Part shown: one piece after another, positions 17,899-25,919 of the stretch | Layout of the letters: the number at the start of each line of letters is the position of its first letter | Numbering within the stretch: the stretch's first letter is position 1 | Assembly (NCBI GenBank): GCA_964601615.1 | Contig: CAZRNZ010000001.1 | Location: forward strand, 71,658 to 135,657 | Length of the DNA stretch: 64,000 nt | Origin: an uncultured Candidatus Saccharibacteria bacterium | GTDB lineage: Bacteria; Patescibacteriota; Minisyncoccia; Phycocordibacterales; UBA918 | Direction: 5' to 3' | Notes under the pieces: model-generated | The model's database searches: none | Told to the model about the DNA's origin: nothing | Seen by the model: only the letters and a program-made list of their open reading frames with translations | Program-made: the position numbers and the translations under genes

Positions 17899-17969
17899 TG
17901 GACCCACGGAGAATCGAACTCCGACCTCTTCCATGCCATGGAAGCGTTCTACCACTATACTATGGGCCC
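17899..17969 (-). tRNA. tRNA-Ala (GGC) with G3-U70
   Basis: 71 nt. Acceptor GGGCCCA/TGGGTCC gives the G3-U70 Ala identity pair. Anticodon arm CTTCC-ATGGCAT-GGAAG, T-arm CGGAG-TTCGATT-CTCCG. The D-stem has one mismatch. Confidence 0.7.
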
Positions 17970-18018
17970 AAATTGTGCCTTAGAATATAACAGAAAAGTT
18001 GTTTTTAGAGAAGAAAAT

Positions 18019-18045
18019 TGCCCGACAGCGAAGCTGTCGGGCAAT
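18019..18045. terminator. hairpin TTGCCCGACAGC-GAA-GCTGTCGGGCAA downstream of the EEP gene (GAA-triloop family)
   Basis: 12-bp arms with a GCGAAGC core. Confidence 0.65.
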
Positions 18046-18051
18046 TGATTG

Positions 18052-18894
18052 TTATTCACACTCGAGAATTAATGGGCGGTGATCAGAAATTTCAGGGCTA
18101 GCCAAAGCTTCAAAAGAAGAAACTTTTACATTCTGGGACACGATGACAAAATCAGCTTCTCGTTCCTGTTTTTCATAGTAGCTGGTACGAGTGTCTGTGA
18201 TGCCGACTTCGTGGTTTAAGATTCTTCCTTTGTGATCAAAAGCAACACTGGAAGCCAGTGTATTAAGCGCTATAGTTTTTGATGTGAGGTTAAAGTCACC
18301 ACCAAGAATTATTTTTGGCTGAGCTGCAAAAGCGTTTCTGCTCTTGATTATCATGTTTGCTAAAAACAAATCAGCCTGATGAGATTGTCTTTCTCTTTCT
18401 GGAGTGTCTTCTTTATGTCCTCCGGTCCAGATTCCATGAAAGTGAGATACGATATATGCACTATTCCCTTTTCTAAAAGTCACTCCCTGAATAGCGCGAG
18501 ATGCTGGTGATCCATCATTGGTCGTGTTGTACTGACCAAATACCATATCTGAACTAAAGAAGGCGGATATATCTCTAGAAACGAACATAGCTATACCATA
18601 ACGAATTGGTAAATTGTGGCGTTCTAGATCGTGCAATAAATATTCACCATGTGCAGTGTAATATCCAGCATGATCAGGAAGCAGATTACACAGAGCTTGC
18701 CACTGACTGGCAAAAATATCTTTTTTACGGCTACCAGGAAGTGTGGGAGTAATATATTTTACTTTCACCCCTGGAATGTCATGGACTTCGGAAAAACAAA
18801 AAATATCAACTTTTGATCTATTATCCAAAATAAATTGACGAAGATCTTCCCAGAGTTCTCCGCCCCAAGTGTTAAGGAACATTATTCGCAACAT
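18052..18894 (-). CDS. endonuclease/exonuclease/phosphatase (EEP) family protein
   Basis: IILGGDFNLTSK and C-terminal SDHRPLILECE motifs. Confidence 0.7.
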   Translation of the reverse strand: MLRIMFLNTWGGELWEDLRQFILDNRSKVDIFCFSEVHDIPGVKVKYITPTLPGSRKKDIFASQWQALCNLLPDHAGYYTAHGEYLLHDLERHNLPIRYGIAMFVSRDISAFFSSDMVFGQYNTTNDGSPASRAIQGVTFRKGNSAYIVSHFHGIWTGGHKEDTPERERQSHQADLFLANMIIKSRNAFAAQPKIILGGDFNLTSKTIALNTLASSVAFDHKGRILNHEVGITDTRTSYYEKQEREADFVIVSQNVKVSSFEALASPEISDHRPLILECE

Positions 18895-19010
18895 TTATTT
18901 TCTCCTTGAGTTGGAATCTGGCGGCAACTATACGTATTTTTCGATTGAGTGTAAAGGGCGGCGTCGAAGTCGTCACCCTGATTGATCGTATATGATAAAA
19001 TCACTTTGTT

Positions 19011-19673
19011 ATGGAAGTTTCTATTGAACAAAGTTGGAAGAAAAGTTTAGCTTCTGAGTTTGAAAAAGAATATTTTAAGAATCTCACTACAAAAGTAAAA
19101 GAAGCTTATTTGTCATCTAGGGTTTTTCCTCCACCAAAGTTTGTTTTTAATGCGTTCAATTTATGTCCGATAAATGAAGTGAAAGTGGTAATAATTGGAC
19201 AAGATCCTTACCATGGTTTTGGACAAGCTCATGGCCTGTGTTTTTCGGTACAAGACGGAGTACCAACACCTCCTTCACTAAAAAACATTTACAAAGAAAT
19301 TAATGCTGATTTAGGTAAAGATATTCCGGTAAGTGGAAACCTCGAACACTGGGCTAAGCAGGGTGTGTTGCTTTTGAATGCTACTTTAACTGTTTATGAA
19401 TCAAAAGCTGGCTCTCATCAAGGTTGGGGTTGGGAGGAATTTACAGATGCAGCTATTAAAAAAGTCTCTGATGAAAAAGAAAATGTAGTATTTTTGCTTT
19501 GGGGAAAATACGCTCAAAATAAGTCGTTTTTGATAGATGAATCAAAACATCTAATACTCAAGGCTCCTCATCCTTCCCCGCTCTCGGCCTATAATGGTTG
19601 GTTTGGCTCTAAGCATTTTAGTAAAACAAATGACTATTTAAAGAGTGTTGATAAAAGTGAGATTGATTGGTGA
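19011..19673 (+). CDS. ung: uracil-DNA glycosylase (family 1)
   Basis: GQDPYHGFGQAHGLCFSV, GVLLLNATLTV, and HPSPLSA motifs. Confidence 0.9.
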   Translation: MEVSIEQSWKKSLASEFEKEYFKNLTTKVKEAYLSSRVFPPPKFVFNAFNLCPINEVKVVIIGQDPYHGFGQAHGLCFSVQDGVPTPPSLKNIYKEINADLGKDIPVSGNLEHWAKQGVLLLNATLTVYESKAGSHQGWGWEEFTDAAIKKVSDEKENVVFLLWGKYAQNKSFLIDESKHLILKAPHPSPLSAYNGWFGSKHFSKTNDYLKSVDKSEIDW

Positions 19674-19680
19674 AGATAAA

Positions 19681-19712
19681 AAATAGCGCCGCTCGAAGGG
19701 CGGCGCTATTTT
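19681..19712. terminator. bidirectional terminator AATAGCGCCGCTC-GAA-GGGCGGCGCTATTTT
   Basis: GAA-triloop GC hairpin between convergent ung and the GH18 gene. Confidence 0.8.
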
Positions 19713-19738
19713 AATTTTTACAAGATTCAACCTTGTGA

Positions 19739-20905
19739 TTAGAAGAGTTTCCAAATATCTTGATCTTCTTCTCCATCGATCTTAAAGAAAACTATTCCCT
19801 TTAGATTATACTTTTCTGCCAAATTAATTTTATCTTCGGCAGATTTAGCATCTGAATACCAAACAACATTTACCTCAACTGGTACTTTTGCCAAGTTAGC
19901 AAATAGAAGTGCTTTAGCAGCTGCTTCAAAACCAGTTCTGGTATTATCTGGAGTTGGTAGTGCGTTTAAGATGCTGAAAATTGAATCTTTATGGAAGAAA
20001 CTATAGCTTGCTTCTCCAGCATTGTTGCGACCAATTTCTACATCATAATCATCTGCTAGTTCTAATACGTCAGGCAAGTTGATAGCGCTTACATTACGAT
20101 ATTCTTTGTACCACTCTGGTTCAACGGTGAGTTTCCACTGACGTCCATATGTTGGAATTCCAAGCATTATTTTTTCTGCAGGAATTTCCTTCAAGGTTTC
20201 TTTAATAACTTTTTCTACCCAGTCATTGTCTGCAACTGGAATATATGGCTCACCTTTTTTTAGGTCATTCAAAAGTAGGTCAGCACGTTGTTGGTCGTAG
20301 GCCATTATTTCTACAACGTCACAGTGTTTACCTATTTCTTTGTAGTCGTTTGCATACTCAATCACAGCAGGAACTGTTCTCCAACGACTTTCCGCAGGCA
20401 TTCTAGCTTCAACAGCACAGGTTAGTTTTTTACCATTTAGACGCGCTTTAAGTTCCTTTAAGAAAAGAGAGAAATGAACTTTTGTTGCAGCAAGCTTTGA
20501 TTCGTAGTCAATATTAATTCCATCAAATCCACCAGCCTCTACTGTTCTAGCAATAAGTTCGATATGCAAAGCTCTCCAAGTCGGGTTACTTAAAACTTGG
20601 TGGATTTCAGCTCCATTAGTCCATAAAATAGAAGGGATTACTTCTACATCATTTCTGTCGGCTTTTTTGATTAAATCTTGCCACTTTCCCTCAGTCAAAT
20701 CAGCTTTATCTACTGGAATTCCAGCAGAAGTGACTTCGTAAGCAAAAGGATAAATAATATCTAATTTATTAAGGTTTTTATCGGCACTTTCAGTACCCAT
20801 AGTGTCCTGCCACCAAGGAATCCAGCCACCTACTTCTAGAGCAGCGCTTGATGTGTTTGGTAATAGTAAGATAGTTAGCGCAAAAGCGACAAAAATATTT
20901 CTCAT
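19739..20905 (-). CDS. secreted glycoside hydrolase family 18-like (chitinase/peptidoglycan hydrolase-like) protein
   Basis: Signal peptide. GH18 catalytic block GFDGINIDYE, i.e. DxxDxDxE with the second Asp replaced by Asn and the catalytic Glu kept. Confidence 0.65.
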   Translation of the reverse strand: MRNIFVAFALTILLLPNTSSAALEVGGWIPWWQDTMGTESADKNLNKLDIIYPFAYEVTSAGIPVDKADLTEGKWQDLIKKADRNDVEVIPSILWTNGAEIHQVLSNPTWRALHIELIARTVEAGGFDGINIDYESKLAATKVHFSLFLKELKARLNGKKLTCAVEARMPAESRWRTVPAVIEYANDYKEIGKHCDVVEIMAYDQQRADLLLNDLKKGEPYIPVADNDWVEKVIKETLKEIPAEKIMLGIPTYGRQWKLTVEPEWYKEYRNVSAINLPDVLELADDYDVEIGRNNAGEASYSFFHKDSIFSILNALPTPDNTRTGFEAAAKALLFANLAKVPVEVNVVWYSDAKSAEDKINLAEKYNLKGIVFFKIDGEEDQDIWKLF

Positions 20906-20915
20906 ATATCATTTC

Positions 20916-20971
20916 TGACGCACAAAGGGGAGATTTCTTTCACTTGTGAAAGAAATCTCCCCTTTGTGCGT
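20916..20971. promoter_or_regulatory. 56-nt perfect palindrome (27-bp arms) 11 nt upstream of the GH18 start codon, between divergent GH18 and SLT genes
   Basis: GACGCACAAAGGGGAGATTTCTTTCAC-TT-GTGAAAGAAATCTCCCCTTTGTGCGTC; arms are exact reverse complements. Confidence 0.6.
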
Positions 20972-21031
20972 CTAAAGTCTGGGAGGCTCAAATTAGCCAT
21001 ATTTTGGCTCTAAATCAAACGGAGTAGCACA

Positions 21032-21397
21032 TTGAAGTTGAATAAAATATGCGTTCTATTGGGGTTGGTCGTATCTTTTTCGACCATCGCCACTACAACA
21101 CATGCCGGACCTGTTGAAAAAGAAGTGCGGCAATATTTCGCTGATGTTCCGATTATGGCCACAATTGCTGGCTGTGAATCTCGTTTTCGTCAGTTTGACG
21201 AAAACGGTCGGGTTTTGAAAAACCCAAATTCCAGCGCTAGTGGTGTGATGCAGATTATGTCGTCGATTCATAAGCGAGAAGCTGCTCGACTGGGGTATGA
21301 TATCTATACCCTCGAGGGCAATCTTGCCTATGCTCGTCATCTTTATCGGAACGAAGGAACGCGCCCTTGGAATGCTTCACGGCATTGCTGGGGGTGA
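21032..21397 (+). CDS. small secreted lytic transglycosylase (SLT-domain-like)
   Basis: TTG start with an AACGGAG RBS 7 nt upstream. Signal peptide. Catalytic region TIAGCESRFRQ...SSASGVMQIM resembles the SLT E-S...GLMQ motif. Confidence 0.55.
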   Translation: MKLNKICVLLGLVVSFSTIATTTHAGPVEKEVRQYFADVPIMATIAGCESRFRQFDENGRVLKNPNSSASGVMQIMSSIHKREAARLGYDIYTLEGNLAYARHLYRNEGTRPWNASRHCWG

Positions 21398-21403
21398 TTT
21401 TGT

Positions 21404-21433
21404 GCGGGGATACCAAAGGTATCCCCGCTTTTT
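21404..21433. terminator. intrinsic terminator GCGGGGATACC-AAA-GGTATCCCCGC plus T-run
   Basis: Follows the SLT gene. Confidence 0.75.
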
Positions 21434-21540
21434 CTTTTTCTAGGTTATAATCGATTTTATGTTAAAAAGTCTTTTGCCTTGGATTTTGGGATTTATTGTT
21501 TTACTGATAATAAATGCTTATCTCTCTGGAAGATAAACTT

Positions 21541-22353
21541 ATGCCTAAATACGTAGTTTTAGAAAAGAGGGTCGGTCAGACTCCTTTAAATGTTATTGAA
21601 GAATATAAGCTGGCTTATCCTGAATACAAAGATGTGCCAATGGCTTACGCTGGACGCCTTGATCCGATGGCTGATGGAAAGCTTTTGGTTTTGCTTGGTG
21701 AGGAGTGTAAGAATCAGAAGAATTATCACTCTTTGGATAAAGAATACATTTTTGAAGTATTGTTAGGTTCTTCCTCGGATACTGGAGATGTTCTTGGATT
21801 GATTGAATGGAGGGAAGCTACGAGTTTTGAGGTGGCGCGGCTTCGCCGCGCCACCTTACCTCTCATTGGTAAAATCTCTCTTCCCTATCCAAAGTTCTCA
21901 TCTCGCACAGTTAAAGGAAAGCCATTACATGTTTGGACTCTAGAAAATCGACTTTCAGAAATAGAAATACCAAGTGCTGAAACTGAAGTTTATAAATTAG
22001 ATTTAATAAATCTACGCACAGAGAGAAAAACTGATGTCTATAAAGATGCCATGGATAGAATTTCACTTATTCCAAAAGTTACTGAAGAAAGCAAAGCTCT
22101 GGGAAGGGACTTTCGAAGAGATGATGTGAGGGCGACCTGGAATAGTTGGCTGAGCCAAGAAAAAGATGGATTGGTACAAATTGCGACATTTAGATGTATT
22201 TGTTCTAGTGGTACTTATATGAGGTCATTGGCTGAAGAAATTGGTAAAAACCTTGGAACTACTGGTTTGGCTTATGGAATCCATCGGTCAAAAATAGGCT
22301 TATACAAAGCCATTACTTTCGGCTTTAGCTTTTGGAAAAAGAGATTTGATTGA
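21541..22353 (+). CDS. truB: tRNA pseudouridine(55) synthase TruB
   Basis: Catalytic-Asp motif AYAGRLDPMADGKLLVLLGEECK matches HxGxLDPxAxGxL. CSSGTYMRSLAEEIG matches CSKGTYIRT. Start is either ATG 21541 or 21514. Confidence 0.75.
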   Translation: MPKYVVLEKRVGQTPLNVIEEYKLAYPEYKDVPMAYAGRLDPMADGKLLVLLGEECKNQKNYHSLDKEYIFEVLLGSSSDTGDVLGLIEWREATSFEVARLRRATLPLIGKISLPYPKFSSRTVKGKPLHVWTLENRLSEIEIPSAETEVYKLDLINLRTERKTDVYKDAMDRISLIPKVTEESKALGRDFRRDDVRATWNSWLSQEKDGLVQIATFRCICSSGTYMRSLAEEIGKNLGTTGLAYGIHRSKIGLYKAITFGFSFWKKRFD

Positions 22354-22389
22354 CCAAAATGCTTATTTCTGGTATCTTTCTAGCCACAT

Positions 22390-22569
22390 ATGTCACAGGA
22401 TAGACTAATTAAGCTGGTTTCTAAGGGAGACAAGAATGGTGTTGGAAAAGGTCATACTTACTACACTACTTTTAATAATAAGAACAAGAAAGACCCTAGT
22501 AAGAAGCACTCTGAGCGTAAGTTCAATCCAGTTGCTAAGACGCATACTGAATACGTACAGAAGAAATAA
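22390..22569 (+). CDS. rpmG: 50S ribosomal protein L33
   Basis: 59 aa, below the track cutoff. MSQDRLIKLVSKGDKNGVGKGHTYYTTFNNKNKKDPSKKHSERKFNPVAKTHTEYVQKK matches L33 (GTGHFYTT...KKFDPV..KHV.YKE). Terminator AAAAGCCGCCATTGGCGGTTTTTT at 22571-22597. Confidence 0.8.
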   Translation: MSQDRLIKLVSKGDKNGVGKGHTYYTTFNNKNKKDPSKKHSERKFNPVAKTHTEYVQKK

Positions 22570-22624
22570 GAAAAGCCGCCATTGGCGGTTTTTTGTTTCT
22601 GGTATATATTTATATAGCTTTGAA

Positions 22625-22898
22625 GATGGTCTTCACTGCTTTTCTATCTCAAGGGATATTTGAGAAATGAAGAAGTTCTTTTCGCACGAAACGATTCGGC
22701 AAGCCGCTCTGGCATCCTTGGGCGACATCAACAATTCCTCTGTGACCTCGGCCGCTTCTGACCCCTGGGACCCGTGTGCTGACCTGGCATCCGACAATAT
22801 CGAAGGCTTCAGCGGCTAGCTTTCGGTGTCGAAAGCAGCTGAGGTTTGACCTGCCTAAAACGGTCAGCCCGATTCTCGTAAGAGAATCGGGCTTTTTA
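22625..22898 (+). other. GC-rich island: candidate structured ncRNA and/or 50-codon ORF (22667-22819) with foreign codon usage, ending in its own intrinsic terminator (22867-22898)
   Basis: The largest gap without a called gene in the window (about 400 bp), and locally much higher in GC. Hairpins GCTTTCG-GTGT-CGAAAGC (22819-22836) and TGACC..GGTCA. Terminator GCCCGATTCTC-GTAA-GAGAATCGGGC plus T5. The ORF MKKFFSHETIRQAALASLGDINNSSVTSAASDPWDPCADLASDNIEGFSG has 22 of 50 codons ending in C. Confidence 0.35.
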
Positions 22899-22920
22899 TT
22901 TTTTATATGTGGTAAATAAA

Positions 22921-22950
22921 ATAAGGGCGCAGCAAAGCTGCGCCCTTATT
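22921..22950. terminator. terminator AAGGGCGCAGC-AAA-GCTGCGCCCTT downstream of fba (minus strand)
   Basis: GC hairpin with an AAA triloop and a T-run. Confidence 0.75.
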
Positions 22951-22965
22951 TTATCTCTCTACAAT

Positions 22966-23979
22966 CTATAGACTACCTTGATCAGCTTTACAGTTTCTTT
23001 CTAATACTTCAATAAGTTTTTGTTGGGCTATTAAAACATTTTCTGGTTTCCCTGCCCATGCTTCTTGTACCGGTTGCTCTATTCCGCGAGAAAATGAAAA
23101 GGCTAAAGGCCAATTTAAATTACCGTTTTCTTTTTCCATTTTTCCAATAGCGTTGAAGTTGATAGTTACCTGTTCTGGAGTTTGCCCGCCTGAAAGGAAT
23201 ACAACACCAGCTATTTCGTTTGGTACGCTTGCTTCTAAAGTACGAAGTGTAGCAGAAGCAACTTCCCCTGGAGTACTTTGGATTGGATTTTTATTGCCAG
23301 CTAATACCATGCTAGTTTTAAGAATCACACCTTTCAAATCAACTCTGTATTGATTCATAATGACAAAAAGAGTTCGAAGTGTCAGTGTCGTTACTTCTTC
23401 TGCTTTTTCAATGTTATGAATTCCTTCATATAAAACTTCTGGCTCAACAATTGGCACAATTCCAGCTTCCTGACAAAGTCTGGCGTAACGAGCTAAAAGC
23501 AAACAGTTAAACTTGATACTTTCTATTGCTGGTAAACCATTTGCTTCGTCAATCTTAATTACTGCACGCCACTTGGCTGCTCTGGCACCCATTTTGTAGT
23601 ATTCATCAAGTCTTTCACGAAGTCCGTCTAAACCTTCTGTAATCACTTCACCTTCAAAACCATCGAAAGGCACAGTGCTTTTATCTACTTTGATGATAGG
23701 GATAATTCCTTTAGCAATTAAATAATCAACAAAAGCAGTGCCGTCATCGGTATGATTGCGGATTGTGGCATCATAAAGAATCACACCTGTGATGTATTTT
23801 TCGATATTTGGAGCGGTAAAAAGCAATTGGCGATAAAGACGTCTAGTTTCAGCTTCAGGAGTGGCGCCAATTGCTTCTAGTTGCTTATTCATGGTGGAGA
23901 CACTTTGGTCAGCTGCCAAAATCCCCTTTCCTTCTGTCATTAGAAGCGAAGCGGTTTTGTAGAGATTTTCGTTATTCAT
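22966..23979 (-). CDS. fba: fructose-bisphosphate aldolase, class I
   Basis: KGILAADQS (class I GILAADES motif) with the Schiff-base Lys region; 337 aa. Confidence 0.85.
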   Translation of the reverse strand: MNNENLYKTASLLMTEGKGILAADQSVSTMNKQLEAIGATPEAETRRLYRQLLFTAPNIEKYITGVILYDATIRNHTDDGTAFVDYLIAKGIIPIIKVDKSTVPFDGFEGEVITEGLDGLRERLDEYYKMGARAAKWRAVIKIDEANGLPAIESIKFNCLLLARYARLCQEAGIVPIVEPEVLYEGIHNIEKAEEVTTLTLRTLFVIMNQYRVDLKGVILKTSMVLAGNKNPIQSTPGEVASATLRTLEASVPNEIAGVVFLSGGQTPEQVTINFNAIGKMEKENGNLNWPLAFSFSRGIEQPVQEAWAGKPENVLIAQQKLIEVLERNCKADQGSL

Positions 23980-23992
23980 GAGATAAGTATAT

Positions 23993-24027
23993 CAACACAA
24001 AGGGCGCCTTCGGCGCCCTTTGTGTTG
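23993..24027. terminator. hairpin CAACACAAAGGGCGCC-TTC-GGCGCCCTTTGTGTTG
   Basis: 16-bp stem between fba and the ABC permease gene. Confidence 0.65.
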
Positions 24028-24036
24028 ATATAAATA

Positions 24037-24798
24037 TTAGTTACGAATTTTCCAACCAATCTTAAACAGTCTTGTTACAATAAGTCCTAACAAAATTACT
24101 AGTCCAAAAATAACTGCAAGACCAATTAATGAATTTGCTTCACTGTATCCAATCATGCTACTTCTGATTCCGTCAGCAAAATAAAAGAATGGATTCACTC
24201 GAGTTATCATTTGTGCCAAAGGTGGCAAGAAAGTGATGGAATAAAATATTCCGCCAAGATAAGTAAGTGGAGTAATTATAAAAGTATTGAGAACTTGTAG
24301 TTGCTCAAAACTTTCTGCCCAAAGTGCAACAATAATTCCGAGCATAGCAAAAATTGCTGAAATGGCTGAAACATAAATCACAAACATTAGAGGATTACTC
24401 AAACTTACCGCTCCAAATAAAACTCCGACTATTAATATTAAGAACGCTACCAAAATTGATCTAGCAACTGCACTACCAACCAATCCAAGCAACATTTCTA
24501 AGTAAGAGAATGGCGCAATTAAAATCTCTTCAATACTGCGAGAAAAACGCATAAAGTAGAGATTACTCGAAGCAGAAGAAAACGACGCGTTAATTATTGA
24601 AAGCATCAAAATACCAGGAAAAACAAAGGAAATATAAGGTACTCCAGCAAAATCATCTATTTTTGTACCCATAATTGCTCCAAAAATAAAAATATATAAA
24701 GTTGCTGAAATTGTAGGCGCGACTAGAGTCTGAGTAGCTACACGAAAAGTTCTTTTAATTTCTCGTTGCAACATTGTTTGTAAACCAATCCAGTTCAT
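24037..24798 (-). CDS. ABC-2 type transporter permease
   Basis: Six predicted TM helices. Immediately downstream of the ATPase gene with a 1-nt spacer. Confidence 0.75.
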   Translation of the reverse strand: MNWIGLQTMLQREIKRTFRVATQTLVAPTISATLYIFIFGAIMGTKIDDFAGVPYISFVFPGILMLSIINASFSSASSNLYFMRFSRSIEEILIAPFSYLEMLLGLVGSAVARSILVAFLILIVGVLFGAVSLSNPLMFVIYVSAISAIFAMLGIIVALWAESFEQLQVLNTFIITPLTYLGGIFYSITFLPPLAQMITRVNPFFYFADGIRSSMIGYSEANSLIGLAVIFGLVILLGLIVTRLFKIGWKIRN

Positions 24799-24799
24799 A

Positions 24800-25537
24800 T
24801 TAGTTTTTCTGATTCTTAATTACTTCCAAATAAGTTTGCTCGACCGATTTCCCTTCTTTCATAAAGTCTTCTTTTGTACCTTCGGCTACAATTTTTCCAT
24901 TGTTAATAATCGCAATGTCGTTGCAAAGATATTGAATCTCTTCTAAGTAGTGAGAAGTAAGAATAATTGTTTTGCCACGCTCATTCATTTCTTTTAGATA
25001 CTGCCAAAGATCATGACGCTGTTCCACGTCTACTCCTGCAGTGGGTTCATCGAGAATTAGCAAATCTGGCGTGTGTACTAAGGCGCGACCAAGCATTGTG
25101 CGGCGTTTTAATCCACCAGAAAGTTTTTGGAATTTAACTTTACGATGATTTTCTAAATCAAAACGTTTTATTAGTTCGTCTATTCTCGTTAGTCTTTCTT
25201 CTTTAGGAATCCCGTAATAACCGCCCATGTAATTCATTAGGTCTTCTGGGGTTGAGAAAATATCAACGTTGTATTCCTGTGGAGAAAGTCCAACCTTTCT
25301 TCTAGCAAGTTTGTATTCTTTTACTACGTCTGTTCCATCAATTAAGATTTGTCCTGAGGTCGGTTGAGTAATTCCAGTAATACAATTGATGGTTGTTGAT
25401 TTTCCGGCGCCATTAGGTCCAAGTAAACCAAAAAAACTCCCCTTCGGAATTTTGAGTGAGATGTCATTTACGGCAGTTTTTCCTTCGTAAACTTTGGTTA
25501 GATTTTTTATCTCTAAAGCTAGTGTTGTTTCTGACAT
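24800..25537 (-). CDS. ABC transporter ATP-binding protein
   Basis: Walker A GPNGAGKST, signature LSGGLKRR, Walker B LLILDEPTAGVD. Confidence 0.85.
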   Translation of the reverse strand: MSETTLALEIKNLTKVYEGKTAVNDISLKIPKGSFFGLLGPNGAGKSTTINCITGITQPTSGQILIDGTDVVKEYKLARRKVGLSPQEYNVDIFSTPEDLMNYMGGYYGIPKEERLTRIDELIKRFDLENHRKVKFQKLSGGLKRRTMLGRALVHTPDLLILDEPTAGVDVEQRHDLWQYLKEMNERGKTIILTSHYLEEIQYLCNDIAIINNGKIVAEGTKEDFMKEGKSVEQTYLEVIKNQKN

Positions 25538-25570
25538 TTGTTAATTATAGCAAATGTGTCAAATGAAAAT

Positions 25571-25602
25571 AAAAAGCGCAGAGGCGAAGCCTCTGCGCTT
25601 TT
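25571..25602. terminator. terminator AGCGCAGAGGC-GAA-GCCTCTGCGCTTTT
   Basis: GAA-triloop hairpin with a GCGAAGC core, downstream of the minus-strand gene ending at 25607. Confidence 0.75.
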
Positions 25603-25606
25603 AAAA

Positions 25607-25864
25607 TTAAAGAAACCGACTCAACTTAATTTGCAAATAAAGACCGGGATCTTTCTTCAAAAGTTGATTCATCATTTTCTGAACATCAAAACTGCGATAT
25701 TTTCTCGCTTTGAAAAAAAGCTTTGGTCCAAAAAATAGCACCTGCCAAAAAGGAAGAGAAAAAATAAAACCAAGGCGTCGCTTTTGTTTATTTTTGATTT
25801 TATTCATCTCTTCCTCAATAAACTGAATAGATTCTCCGTAAGAGCTGGTTGCTGCCAAAGTCAA
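25607..25864 (-). CDS. hypothetical small protein (85 aa from a TTG start with a strong SD)
   Basis: AAGGAG 7 nt upstream of TTG at 25864-25862. A hydrophobic segment suggests membrane association. Confidence 0.4.
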   Translation of the reverse strand: MTLAATSSYGESIQFIEEEMNKIKNKQKRRLGFIFSLPFWQVLFFGPKLFFKARKYRSFDVQKMMNQLLKKDPGLYLQIKLSRFL

Positions 25865-25919
25865 AATATTTCTCCTTGACTAAAACTGTTCTAAATTGCA
25901 TAGTATCACTTAATAGATT

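Noticed and set aside
17757-17939. 60-aa track ORF on the minus strand
   Set aside because: It spans tRNA-Asn and the spacer to tRNA-Ala. It is explained entirely by the two tRNA genes and is a spurious ORF.
22625-22898. Assignment of the GC-rich island to RNase P RNA, SRP RNA, tmRNA or a riboswitch
   Set aside because: The conserved motifs are absent on both strands: P4 GGAAAGUCCGG / ACAGAA.CCCGGCUUA, SRP domain IV GGUCC-GGAA-GGAAGCAGCC, and a tmRNA tag ORF or tRNA-like end. The downstream gene is on the opposite strand, so it cannot be a 5' riboswitch. It is left as an unassigned RNA or ORF candidate.
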